64,000 bases of DNA from Nannocystales bacterium (GTDB taxonomy: Bacteria; Myxococcota_A; Polyangia; Nannocystales; Nannocystaceae), in the NCBI GenBank assembly GCA_050633305.1, contig JBOEGF010000026.1, positions 20,600-84,599 of the forward strand. Direction: 5' to 3'. This document shows positions 30,903-42,244 of this stretch, piece by piece. Position numbers and translations under genes: made by a program. How positions within the stretch are numbered: position 1 is the stretch's first letter; each line of letters starts with the position of its first letter. The notes under the pieces were generated by a model. It saw nothing but the letters and a program-made list of their open reading frames with translations. It had not been told where the DNA came from and did no database searches.

Positions 30903-32693
30903 ATGCGGGTTCACGTGTTCATCGACAGCGCCGGCGAATCGACGCGTTCGCCGGAGTTCGCGAAGCCCGAGGTCACGCTGGGGCGTCGGCCATCGAACGA
31001 CGTCGTACTGGCCGACGCAGCGGCATCCGGGGGACATGCTCGGGTGTTCGTGACCGGCAGCGCCTTGACGATTCTCGACCTCGACTCGACGAACGGGACC
31101 TTCGTCAATCAGCGACGGCTTCGCGGCCCGCACGTGCTTCAGCCCGACGACGTGGTCGAGATCGGGGACACGAAACTTCGTTTCTCTTTGTCGGGTGTCG
31201 AGTCGACCTCGATCGAGGCGGTCCCCCAAGCCCCCGGGGCCCCAGCCGCTCCGCCGGCTCCGCCGGGCCCCAACGCGGAAGGGGATTGGCCCGCGCCGCC
31301 TCCGATGATGGACGACCTCGCGCCCGGTGGCGCGCGCCCCGAGCCGGTCGCCGTGACCGCGGCCAAGTCTGAGACTCGCGCGGCGGTGTTTCCCCGCCTG
31401 GCCCAGGCGCCCATGCCCAGTCGGCCCCAGCCCGCGGGCCCCCCACCGCAACCTCCGTCGCGACCGCCGAGCGCCCCCATGCCTGCGGCGGTTGCATCGT
31501 CGGCTGGGGGGTTCGAGTTTCAAGACGCCGAGCCGGACGTGTTGATCAGCCGGGTGTTCGAAGCGGTGTGGCGCCGCGTGTCCTCGGCCGTGCTCGCGGG
31601 GGAATCCGGGGTTCGGGCCAAGGTGAGCGGGCTGCTCTCCGCCGCCCTCAAAGCTGCGTCTTCGGTGCGGAGTCTGGGCGACGTTCAGGGGCTCCACGGC
31701 CGTATGTTGGCCGAGATGGTCGGGGATGGACCGATCTCCGGCCTGCTCGAGGGGCAGCCCGAGGAAGTTGTGTTCATCGCTTCAACGCGCGCCCGCGTCA
31801 ATCGCGGTGGGCACGTCTCTGAAGGTCAGAGCCCCTTCTCGTGCGCTCAAGGTCTCAATGCCTGGGTGCGTCGGGCGACGGGCGTCACGCTGTCCTCGTC
31901 CACGGTCGCTGCGCGCGGCGTGTTCGGCCAATACTCGGTGCACGCGGCGTACGAGCCCAGCGGAAGCATCGTTTCGTTGCGCAAGCGGGTGCCCGCCGGC
32001 TCCGCAACCACCGAAGCCCTGGCTCGGGTTGGTGTGGCCTCGCCGGGGATGCTGGGGCTGCTTTCGGCCAGTGTTGCTTCTCGGATGAGCGTGCTCATCT
32101 GCGCGGGTCCGGGTGCACGCTCAACGTGGCTGATGGCGTCGCTCCTCGGTGGGGGTGCTCCGCACGAACTTCAGGTCGCGTTGCTCAGCCCTGGCTCGGA
32201 CGTGACTCCCTTCCCCGCGACCTCTGTGGTCATGACACGGGTGGGACGCCCCGGGCACTCCCTGGAGGCTGCGCTCAGCCTCGGCCCCGATCGTCTCGCC
32301 GTCGAGGATGTCGAGTCCGGTGAAGCGGGCGCGGTCATGAGCATGGTGTCTCGCTCTTGCAGCCAGCTCATCGGGGTTCGAGCTTCCAACAGCGGTGCCG
32401 GGCTGCATCAGCTCCGCGGGATGCTGGCCGAGACCGCCGACCCCGCCAACGTCGCGAGCCTGACGATGCGCTCGGTGTCCCTTGTGGTCACCCTTCAGCA
32501 CTTCTCCGACAGCGTCGACCGCATCACCCAGATCTCCGAGCCGACGCTCGACGACTCAGGACGCCTCGGCGTCCAGGATGTGTTCACGTTGGTGCCCGGC
32601 AGCCGCACCTGGCAGTTCACTGGAGCTCGGCCCCGGTGTTACGAAGACATCGTCCAGCGCGGCTTTCCCCTCGACCCCTCCATCTTCGCCTAA
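30903..32693 (+). CDS. FHA domain fused to a degenerate CpaF/TadA-like secretion ATPase fold
   Basis: FHA (GRRPSNDVVL...SGGHA...DLDSTNGTFVN), Pro-rich linker, then GDGPISGLL, SLRKR, PDRLAVEDV.SGEA, RITQISE, QDVF, FTG..P, all resembling CpaF. Catalytic motifs are altered. Confidence 0.7.
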   Translation: MRVHVFIDSAGESTRSPEFAKPEVTLGRRPSNDVVLADAAASGGHARVFVTGSALTILDLDSTNGTFVNQRRLRGPHVLQPDDVVEIGDTKLRFSLSGVESTSIEAVPQAPGAPAAPPAPPGPNAEGDWPAPPPMMDDLAPGGARPEPVAVTAAKSETRAAVFPRLAQAPMPSRPQPAGPPPQPPSRPPSAPMPAAVASSAGGFEFQDAEPDVLISRVFEAVWRRVSSAVLAGESGVRAKVSGLLSAALKAASSVRSLGDVQGLHGRMLAEMVGDGPISGLLEGQPEEVVFIASTRARVNRGGHVSEGQSPFSCAQGLNAWVRRATGVTLSSSTVAARGVFGQYSVHAAYEPSGSIVSLRKRVPAGSATTEALARVGVASPGMLGLLSASVASRMSVLICAGPGARSTWLMASLLGGGAPHELQVALLSPGSDVTPFPATSVVMTRVGRPGHSLEAALSLGPDRLAVEDVESGEAGAVMSMVSRSCSQLIGVRASNSGAGLHQLRGMLAETADPANVASLTMRSVSLVVTLQHFSDSVDRITQISEPTLDDSGRLGVQDVFTLVPGSRTWQFTGARPRCYEDIVQRGFPLDPSIFA

Positions 32694-32710
32694 CCCCCGC
32701 TTGAACCCTC

Positions 32711-33508
32711 ATGGGCGCACGCTCTCATCACCTCGTTAGCCTCGTCTCCTTGGGATTGCTCGTCGCCACGAGCAGCGGATGCAAGGAGGAGGAACCAACC
32801 TGCAAGCCCGACAGCGTCGAGTGGGGGATCTCGCTCGTCATCGGGGCCAGTGACCGCGTCAACCCCAACGACGAAGGCGAGTCGCTGCCGACGATGGTCC
32901 GCGTCTATCAGCTTCGAGGGGAACTCGCGGCGGAAGACGTGGACTCGTCTCAGCTTTGGGCCTCGGAGAAGGCCGAAGAACTCGGAGAAGACTTCCTCTC
33001 CGTCGACGAGCTGATCCTCGCTCCGGAGGCCGACGACAACCGGACCATCGCGCTCAAGGAAGACGCGACCCACTTGATGGCAGCGGGCTTGTTTCGAGAG
33101 AGTGTCGGCACCAGCTGGTACACGCTCTACGAAATCCCGCGGCGACACCCGGAGAACGTCTGCGCTCGGGATCCGGTGGGCAAGAACATCCCCGACCCGT
33201 GTTTTTTTGTGTTCCTCGATCGCAGCGAGGTGAGCGGCGGGGAGATGCCTCCGTCAGGATTCCGGGCGGATGGCGCCTCTTGTGCTCCGCTGGGTCCGCC
33301 CCCGAAGCCCGAGCCCAAGCGGCGCAAGCTCCGGGATCGGAAGAAGCTCGAGGAGGACCTCGAAGATCCGTTGCGGACCAAGGAGATCGACGAGAAGACC
33401 CCGAAGAAGCCGGGGGTCCCCAGTGGCCCACAGACGCCATCGCGTCCCAGTACACCGTCCAAGGGCGACCTCCCCAGCGCCCCGAGCCGTCCAGGCATGA
33501 ATCCGTGA
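32711..33508 (+). CDS. tssJ: T6SS outer-membrane lipoprotein TssJ
   Basis: Lipobox SSGC, ASDRVNPNDEGESLPTMVRVYQL, L.P, AAGLFR....W. Pro/Lys-rich tail. Confidence 0.88.
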   Translation: MGARSHHLVSLVSLGLLVATSSGCKEEEPTCKPDSVEWGISLVIGASDRVNPNDEGESLPTMVRVYQLRGELAAEDVDSSQLWASEKAEELGEDFLSVDELILAPEADDNRTIALKEDATHLMAAGLFRESVGTSWYTLYEIPRRHPENVCARDPVGKNIPDPCFFVFLDRSEVSGGEMPPSGFRADGASCAPLGPPPKPEPKRRKLRDRKKLEEDLEDPLRTKEIDEKTPKKPGVPSGPQTPSRPSTPSKGDLPSAPSRPGMNP

Positions 33509-33521
33509 ACCGGAGGCGAGT

Positions 33522-34847
33522 GTGAGGCACGTTCGCATCACGGTCCGGTCAACCTCCACCGGCGACACCACCGACTACCAGTTCTCGAACTCCCCGGTCC
33601 GGATCGGTCGGAACCGACTCAACGACTTGGCGCTGCCGTACCCGTTCGTTTCGGGCTGGCACGCGGTCATCAGGTTTGACGACGCCAAGGCGCGTTTCTT
33701 CGACTTGGGGTCGACCAACGGCTCTCTGTACGGGGGGCAACGGGTGGAGGTGGGGCAGTCGGTTCCCATCGAGCCTCAGGCCACGGTGGTCCTCGGCGAC
33801 CTCGAGTTGCTGATGTCGCACGGCGCGACCACGGTCATCCCAACGCACGCACCCTCGGGCGGGACGCAGCCCAGTGGTGTCCCTGTGCAAGCGCCGGGCA
33901 CTTGGATGCAGGCTCCGGACACCTCCGAGTCGGCGGCCGCGGGCGAGATCGATCCCAACGCGACGGCCGAGCCGCAGGACAGGCCCGCGCTCAACGCCCA
34001 TCAGACCGCACACGTTCCGATGCGGCAGATCCATGGCGCCCTGGCGGCCCTGCGTCCGCACCATGAATCTGTTCGAAACGCGCGGGTGCTGTTTGAGCAA
34101 GAGCTCCGCAGTCAACTTGCTGCGCTGCCCAACTATGCACGGGAGCAAGCGGAGGAGTTCATCCGACGCGAGTTCGCTCGCTCCTCGCCATCCGATGGGT
34201 TCGAGTCCGCGTCCTCGCCGTTTCGGGGCGGCTACGGGTCGGTGACCGAGTTCGCCGAGGAGATTCTCCCCGAGGTTCCGCCCCCCACCACCGAGCGGGA
34301 GATGCAGCAGTTCCTGCATCGGGTACGAGACGTCCTCGAAACCTGCGCAAAGGGCTTGGTCGAGCTCCAACGCGGGCAGGAACAGTTCGGTCGCGAGATG
34401 GGGGTCAAGGCGATCAAGGAGTTCACGCCGCTGCATGTCGCCCAGACTTCAGCCGAGATGCTCGGGCACCTGCTCGACTTCCGGCACTCCGGACCGGAGC
34501 GCGTCGCTCAGCTCTCGGGACTCTTCGCTGACACCATGATCCACCAAGTTGCCCTGCTCAACGGGGTTGCCGAGGGGGGACGCGCGCTGCTGGCCCGCCT
34601 CGACCCCGATGAGATCGAACGGACGGTTCGAGGGTGGGGCAACCAGACGTCGAAGAAGTGGGAGCAGTTTGTGACCCTGTATCGAAGCGTGATGGCCGAC
34701 GACCGAGTGATGACCGAGATGCTCTTCGGTCCCGAGTTTGCCAAGGCCTATGCCGAGGTCGGGGGCGAGCAGTCCGCACCCGCTCAGTCCGCCTCCGAGC
34801 CCCACGCTCCCCAGCCCAATGACCCACCACAAGAACCCCATGCCTGA
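33522..34847 (+). CDS. tagH: T6SS-associated FHA protein (TagH/Fha)
   Basis: FHA (IGRNRLNDL.L....VS.WHA...DLGSTNG) and T6SS_FHA_C motifs (HQVALL.G..EG.RALL.RLDP..IE, W..F...Y, LFGPEFAKAY). Confidence 0.88.
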   Translation: MRHVRITVRSTSTGDTTDYQFSNSPVRIGRNRLNDLALPYPFVSGWHAVIRFDDAKARFFDLGSTNGSLYGGQRVEVGQSVPIEPQATVVLGDLELLMSHGATTVIPTHAPSGGTQPSGVPVQAPGTWMQAPDTSESAAAGEIDPNATAEPQDRPALNAHQTAHVPMRQIHGALAALRPHHESVRNARVLFEQELRSQLAALPNYAREQAEEFIRREFARSSPSDGFESASSPFRGGYGSVTEFAEEILPEVPPPTTEREMQQFLHRVRDVLETCAKGLVELQRGQEQFGREMGVKAIKEFTPLHVAQTSAEMLGHLLDFRHSGPERVAQLSGLFADTMIHQVALLNGVAEGGRALLARLDPDEIERTVRGWGNQTSKKWEQFVTLYRSVMADDRVMTEMLFGPEFAKAYAEVGGEQSAPAQSASEPHAPQPNDPPQEPHA

Positions 34848-35811
34848 GTCGGCTTCCTTCGTTCGTCGTGTCTCGTTGGTGTTGACCGCAGCGCTGTTGA
34901 TCGGCGCGGCGGCGTCGGCTGGCTGCAAGCCCAAGCGGACGCGGGTGCCAGCGCTATGCTCCTTTGACGGCCTCAGCGAAGAAGAACGCGAGGGACAAGC
35001 GCTCTCCCCGATCACGTGGCTGACCCTCACTTCGCCCTCCGTCGATCGGCAAGCGATGCGTCGAGCAGGCCCGATGATGAACGCGTGCGGCCAAGTCATC
35101 CCACCTGCGTTCTCCGAGAGTTTCGAGTGCCCGGGCTTCGAGCCCACCGGGGAGCTTGTCTCCACCGACGTCGTCGAGGAGACCGACCTCATCATGGACT
35201 CCGCTGGGGAGGACCGTACGGTCCTGTGGGCGGCGACCGATGAGCTGACCTCGGGGGAGGTCGAAGGGGCGGCCGCCCTCGCGCTTTGGACGGACGAAGC
35301 CGTCGAGGTCCACGCCGTGGGCATGTTGCGTGGCTATCGGCATGGTGCCCGAGTTCGTCTTCACTCGATCGGGGCGACTCCGGTGCTGGTATTGCAGAGT
35401 GACCGCTGCGATGCCGACGGAGCGTGTGTCGGCGTCTCGCAAGTGGTCCCGATCATCAACAAGCGCCTCGCCGAACTCCCGGTGTGGGAGTCTGAGCGCG
35501 GATGCATCGGGAGAGCCCAGTTCATCCTCGAGAAGCGTGAGACTCGGGACCTCGCGGACGGGACGACGCGGAAGTTTGTGCTCACGCGCAGCCTCGAGTT
35601 GGACGAAGAGGGGGTCTTCGTGACCGACCTCGTTCGCATGGACGACTTCCCCACGGGTGAGCCTGATGCCGAGCCCACGCCCTACCGCAAGGTGTCCGCA
35701 CGCCGTCCGCTGCTGCTCGACGGCGATCGCTTCCTTCTCGAGGATGAAGACCTGTGGGAGCGAGTGCTCGTCGACCACGGACAAGTCGTCGGGACGTCGA
35801 ATCCCGGCTGA
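34840..35811 (+). CDS. Hypothetical lipoprotein in the tssJ-tagH operon
   Basis: ATG at 34840 overlaps the tagH stop. Lipobox SAGC, acidic Cys-containing mature part. Confidence 0.7.
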   Translation: MPESASFVRRVSLVLTAALLIGAAASAGCKPKRTRVPALCSFDGLSEEEREGQALSPITWLTLTSPSVDRQAMRRAGPMMNACGQVIPPAFSESFECPGFEPTGELVSTDVVEETDLIMDSAGEDRTVLWAATDELTSGEVEGAAALALWTDEAVEVHAVGMLRGYRHGARVRLHSIGATPVLVLQSDRCDADGACVGVSQVVPIINKRLAELPVWESERGCIGRAQFILEKRETRDLADGTTRKFVLTRSLELDEEGVFVTDLVRMDDFPTGEPDAEPTPYRKVSARRPLLLDGDRFLLEDEDLWERVLVDHGQVVGTSNPG

Positions 35812-35858
35812 CGGGCGTCCTTCCTCTTCCGCTCTCTTCCGCCGGGGGCGGCGCGCGG

Positions 35859-38069
<2,211 letters not shown>

Positions 38070-38339
38070 CAGGTTGTGGCCCCCCGAAGGTATGGGGAAC
38101 GCTTGCGCGTGATGCGCGATGCTGCGATTGCCGCAGAAGCTCCCCAGCTCCCTCCCCCATCTGTGTAGAAGGATGTGGGACAAGCCCGAGGGTTGCAAAC
38201 TCGCTGCAAGGATCGAGTCGACACGTGGGCTTGGGTACGGTTCAAGGAGCCAATTCGATCGCCCCGCGCGGTTCCAGCGCCCACTGCGCGAACTCGTAGG
38301 GCCACGCGGGGGGCTGCGGACACTGTTCCTATGCCCCGG

Positions 38340-38951
38340 TCAGTTGCCGGTCGGCCGTTCGACTTTTTCGTTGGTCCGACGCTTGTTGGTCCGCTTCACT
38401 TCCAGGAAGACGGTCTTGGGTCGCTTCTTCTTTTTGCGCTCGAGACGGTAGACCGCGTTCGCATCCGAGAGGGCCTGCAGCTTGCCCGGCTTGAGCTCAT
38501 GTCGCTTGATCACACATGAGCGGTACACGCTCGACTTCTCGTAGTCGTCGCGTACGGGCAGGTCGACCAGGCGATAGCGGCCGTCCTCCGTCTGCACAAA
38601 GCCGAAGGCGCACTCGGCATCCCGGCATGAGCGGTCGAAGGCCACCCAAAGCCGACGTGCGCCATTGCGTAGGTCTTCTGCGACGATCAGCCCCACGAGG
38701 TTTCGACCGAGAAGAACCCGCAATCGGCCCTTTCGAGAGTTGTCCTCGATGGTTCGGTCGACGCGCGTCTGGCTGAACTCGTCGCGCTCGTAGACCGGGA
38801 TCGTTCGATTGCTGACGTAGACGCCGAGGTCTTGGAACTTGTCCCGTGCTTTGGCGTCGCGAAGTGCGGCGTCGCCCAGGACGTAGCGAGCGGTGCAGCC
38901 CGGTAGAAGGCTGCACACCGAAACGAACAGGACCGCGACGAGGGCTCTCAC
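38340..38951 (-). CDS. Hypothetical basic lipoprotein (paralog of 47419-48054)
   Basis: Lipobox LPGC; motif LWVAFDRSC...CAFGFV.T.DG..RL shared with the 47.4-kb gene. Start is uncertain. Confidence 0.65.
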   Translation of the reverse strand: MRALVAVLFVSVCSLLPGCTARYVLGDAALRDAKARDKFQDLGVYVSNRTIPVYERDEFSQTRVDRTIEDNSRKGRLRVLLGRNLVGLIVAEDLRNGARRLWVAFDRSCRDAECAFGFVQTEDGRYRLVDLPVRDDYEKSSVYRSCVIKRHELKPGKLQALSDANAVYRLERKKKKRPKTVFLEVKRTNKRRTNEKVERPTGN

Positions 38952-39067
38952 CGAAGAGCGAGGGTTGCGGAAAACCCCGTGCCGGTCAACTCCCCGCAAC
39001 GAGGGCTGCCACAGGCCTGCTAAGATTCCGCCGCCGCCGTGCCCGCTCGCACCGCCCCCCAACGCCC

Positions 39068-42000
39068 ATGATCTGCGTCGTGATCGCATCGCTCGAGAAC
39101 GGCCGTGGCCGGGTCGAACGAGCCGAAGGCGTCATCGTGGTCGGACGCGATGCCCGCTCCACCGTCGTCCTCGACGAGCGGGGCGTTTCGGGATCCCACT
39201 GCCGCTTCAGCCCAATGCCGGAGTTGCCCGGCGCCTACCTGCTCGAGGACCTCGCGAGCACCTACGGCACGTTCGTCAACAGCGCGCGCGTGGGTCGGCC
39301 CGTGGTGGTCTCGGGGCGTGATGTCGTCTCGGTTGGGGGCAGCATGTTGATGCTGGCGCCCCCGGGCCAAGAGCAAGCCGCGATCGCCAGGCTCTCTGCG
39401 ATGGCATCTCCCGCGCCGGAGCCGGCGGCGCCAACTCCCATGGCGCCTCCGGCCGCCGCAGGACTCGGTGCGTTCGACCCCGCGGCACCGTGGATGCAGC
39501 AGTTCGAGCACTTCGACGGGTTGGCGCGCAGCTGGCAAGACTCCGGGCGTCCCAAGGGGAAGCTCCTGCGCGGACCGATCGTTCGCATCGCCGAGCAGTG
39601 GTTGGCGGCCGGCATCAATCAGAGCCCCACCCCTGGCGCATTGCACCGAGACTTCGTCGAGCAGAGCCGCAACGGCCGGCTATTTCGGCTGCAGATGCTG
39701 GTGCTGCTCGTGGTGCTGGGTGTGATCGTGGTGGGAGGCGGAACTGCGGCGTTCATCTTCCGAGCCGACCTCCTGCAGCTGTGGAATGGGAGCACGGTCG
39801 CCACCGACGTGGAACCGCCGCCGGAGTTTGCGGAACGCTCGGAGGCGAAGCCGGTCGAGTTGGCCGCACTCGTGCGCGCGGTGCAAGCCGAACCCAAGTC
39901 GACCCGTCGGCTTCTGCTCGAGAGTGCGGTGGCCGAGGTCGCTCGGAGCCAGGGCCGTCCGCTGTTGTCGGACGTCGTCTGGGACCTTCAACGGTCTGCC
40001 CACGACACGCTCGCCCAGGAGCGGGCTACGGTCTTGCGCGGACACGTTGCCCCGATCACGGACGTGGAGTTTTCTGTGGACGGGGTCCGGGTCGCCAGCG
40101 CAAGTGAAGACGGCAGCGCCCGGCTCTGGGATTTTTCGGCACCCTCGCCCGGCCGAGTCTCCACGCTGCGTGGGCACATCGGCGCGGTGAACATGTTGGC
40201 GTTTTCTCCCGATGGCACGCGTCTGGTCACCGGAGGGGACGGGGGAAAGGTCTGGCTGTGGGACGTGGGCGCCGATGAGCCGGCGGCATCGGGCGTGTTG
40301 TTGCGACACCACAAGGCCCGTGTCCTCTCGCTCGCGTGGCACTCAGACGGAAAACGCTTGGCCACCGCAGATGAGACCGGTGTGCTGGCGCTGTGGGACG
40401 TGGACGAGCCGCGAGGTCCCGAGTCGACACGGACGGCCCACGAGGGCGCAATCACCAACCTGGTGTTTGACACGTCTGACCCTCCGGCGCTCTGGTCCGC
40501 CGGCGAGGACCGGGTCGCACGTCAGTGGGCCCTTCGGGAGGACGGCTCCCTCGCCCGGGTACGTACCCTGGACGACCATCTGGGCGGCGTCACCTCTCTC
40601 GCGGTCTCGGACGACGGCCGCTGGGCTGCGACCGCGACCTCGGCGGGAGAGGTCTTCCTGTGGCCGCGCGGGACCCGTCGCAAGCGAGGCCGAGGCAAGA
40701 AGAAAGCCGGTCCCCTCCCGGCGCTGCCCTTGGTGGGGCACAAGGGGCTGGTTGCCTCGGTCGCCTTCACTCCGGATGGGCACTGGTTGATCACCGCGGG
40801 CAAGGCCGGACTGCGGATGTGGGATCTGCGGGCCAAGGATCCTGGCATCGCGAGCGTCGTGCTCTCCGGCCACTCCGGAGACGTCACCCAGATGGTGCTC
40901 GCGGCGGGAAACCGGGCGGTGACCGGGGCCACCGACAACACACTGAGAGTCTGGGACCTGGAGAAGTCTCAGACCGTGATCTCATCCGCAGTGCTCGACG
41001 GCCATGTCGCCAGCGTTCAAGCGGTGGCCGTCTCCAAGGATGGACTTCGAGTCGCCTCCGGCGGTGAGGACAACACGGTGAGGGTTTGGGACGCGTTCGG
41101 GGCCTCGGCGGGTCGCGGTGGCGCCATCTTGCGGGTCGGCCCGACCGCGGTGCAGGACTTCGGGGTCTCCAATTCGGACACCGTGCTCGGGCTCTCAACC
41201 GCCGAGGTCAAAGTCTGGACGCTTGCCGATCGCAGTCGGTGGCGGATGCCTACGATCCTCGAGGGGGCATCGGGTCTGCTCAAGGCCGGCGCGATCGATC
41301 GGGACGGGAAGTTCGCGGCGGCCGGATCGGAGACGGGCCCGATCTACGTGTGGTCGCTGGCCAACACAGCGCGCGCGCCGACGGTTCTCGAGGGACACAC
41401 CGGGCCGGTCAACGCGCTGTCCTATCTTCCGGACGGTCGCCTCGTTTCGATCAGCAGCGATCGCACCGTTCGGGTGTGGGACGCGCGCGCCCCCGAGGCC
41501 GCGACCCCGTGGACCGGTCATTCCGATGAGGTCGTTGCGCTCGCCGTGTCTCCGGCTGGTGATGTTGTGTTTACCGGTGGCCTCGACGGCATGCTGCTTC
41601 GGTGGAACGTCGCGGATGGCACGTCCACGCCCATGCCAGGTCACGAAGGCGAGGTCCTGCAGATTCGGGTCTCGCCCGATGGCAGCCGCGTCGCCTCCGG
41701 CAGTGCGGACTTCAAGGCTCATGTCTGGGACGCCAGCACGGGGAAGCTCCTGCACGAGATGCGCGGGCACAAGGAGAAGGTCTTCTCGGTCGCGTTCGGT
41801 CGCAGCAAGAAGCTCGCGACCGGGGGGGCCGACGGCAGAGTCCTGCTGTGGGACCTCACCTCAGAGCAGCCCCACGAGTCGCCGCGACCCCTCGTTGGCC
41901 ACGAGCAGTCCGTCACGGCGCTCGTCTTCAGTCGTGACCTCGAGGTCTTGGCCAGCGGAAGCAACGACAAAACCGTGCGGCTGTGGCGTTTGGACACCGG

Positions 42001-42223
42001 GCGTGAGCTTGTCCTTCCGGGGCACGACCGCATCGTCGCCGGGTTGAAGATCACCCAAGACGGCGCGCACCTGATCTCAGGCGGGTTCGACGGCACTCTG
42101 AGGGTTTGGCCGCTCGCCCATACCAGTTTCATCCGGACCCTTTGCGACGTTGTTGGCCAGTCGCTGCCCGAAGGTGAGGCCGCCGCCGCGTTGGGCGTCC
42201 CAGTCCAAGACCCCTGCTTGTAG
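39068..42223 (+). CDS. FHA + TM + WD40 repeat protein
   Basis: Likely ATG at 39068. FHA (VGRD...GVSGSH...DLASTYGTFVN), TM, and more than 10 GH...WD repeats. Confidence 0.9.
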   Translation: MICVVIASLENGRGRVERAEGVIVVGRDARSTVVLDERGVSGSHCRFSPMPELPGAYLLEDLASTYGTFVNSARVGRPVVVSGRDVVSVGGSMLMLAPPGQEQAAIARLSAMASPAPEPAAPTPMAPPAAAGLGAFDPAAPWMQQFEHFDGLARSWQDSGRPKGKLLRGPIVRIAEQWLAAGINQSPTPGALHRDFVEQSRNGRLFRLQMLVLLVVLGVIVVGGGTAAFIFRADLLQLWNGSTVATDVEPPPEFAERSEAKPVELAALVRAVQAEPKSTRRLLLESAVAEVARSQGRPLLSDVVWDLQRSAHDTLAQERATVLRGHVAPITDVEFSVDGVRVASASEDGSARLWDFSAPSPGRVSTLRGHIGAVNMLAFSPDGTRLVTGGDGGKVWLWDVGADEPAASGVLLRHHKARVLSLAWHSDGKRLATADETGVLALWDVDEPRGPESTRTAHEGAITNLVFDTSDPPALWSAGEDRVARQWALREDGSLARVRTLDDHLGGVTSLAVSDDGRWAATATSAGEVFLWPRGTRRKRGRGKKKAGPLPALPLVGHKGLVASVAFTPDGHWLITAGKAGLRMWDLRAKDPGIASVVLSGHSGDVTQMVLAAGNRAVTGATDNTLRVWDLEKSQTVISSAVLDGHVASVQAVAVSKDGLRVASGGEDNTVRVWDAFGASAGRGGAILRVGPTAVQDFGVSNSDTVLGLSTAEVKVWTLADRSRWRMPTILEGASGLLKAGAIDRDGKFAAAGSETGPIYVWSLANTARAPTVLEGHTGPVNALSYLPDGRLVSISSDRTVRVWDARAPEAATPWTGHSDEVVALAVSPAGDVVFTGGLDGMLLRWNVADGTSTPMPGHEGEVLQIRVSPDGSRVASGSADFKAHVWDASTGKLLHEMRGHKEKVFSVAFGRSKKLATGGADGRVLLWDLTSEQPHESPRPLVGHEQSVTALVFSRDLEVLASGSNDKTVRLWRLDTGRELVLPGHDRIVAGLKITQDGAHLISGGFDGTLRVWPLAHTSFIRTLCDVVGQSLPEGEAAAALGVPVQDPCL

Positions 42224-42244
42224 CCCGGCCCGTCGGAGCCGTGC

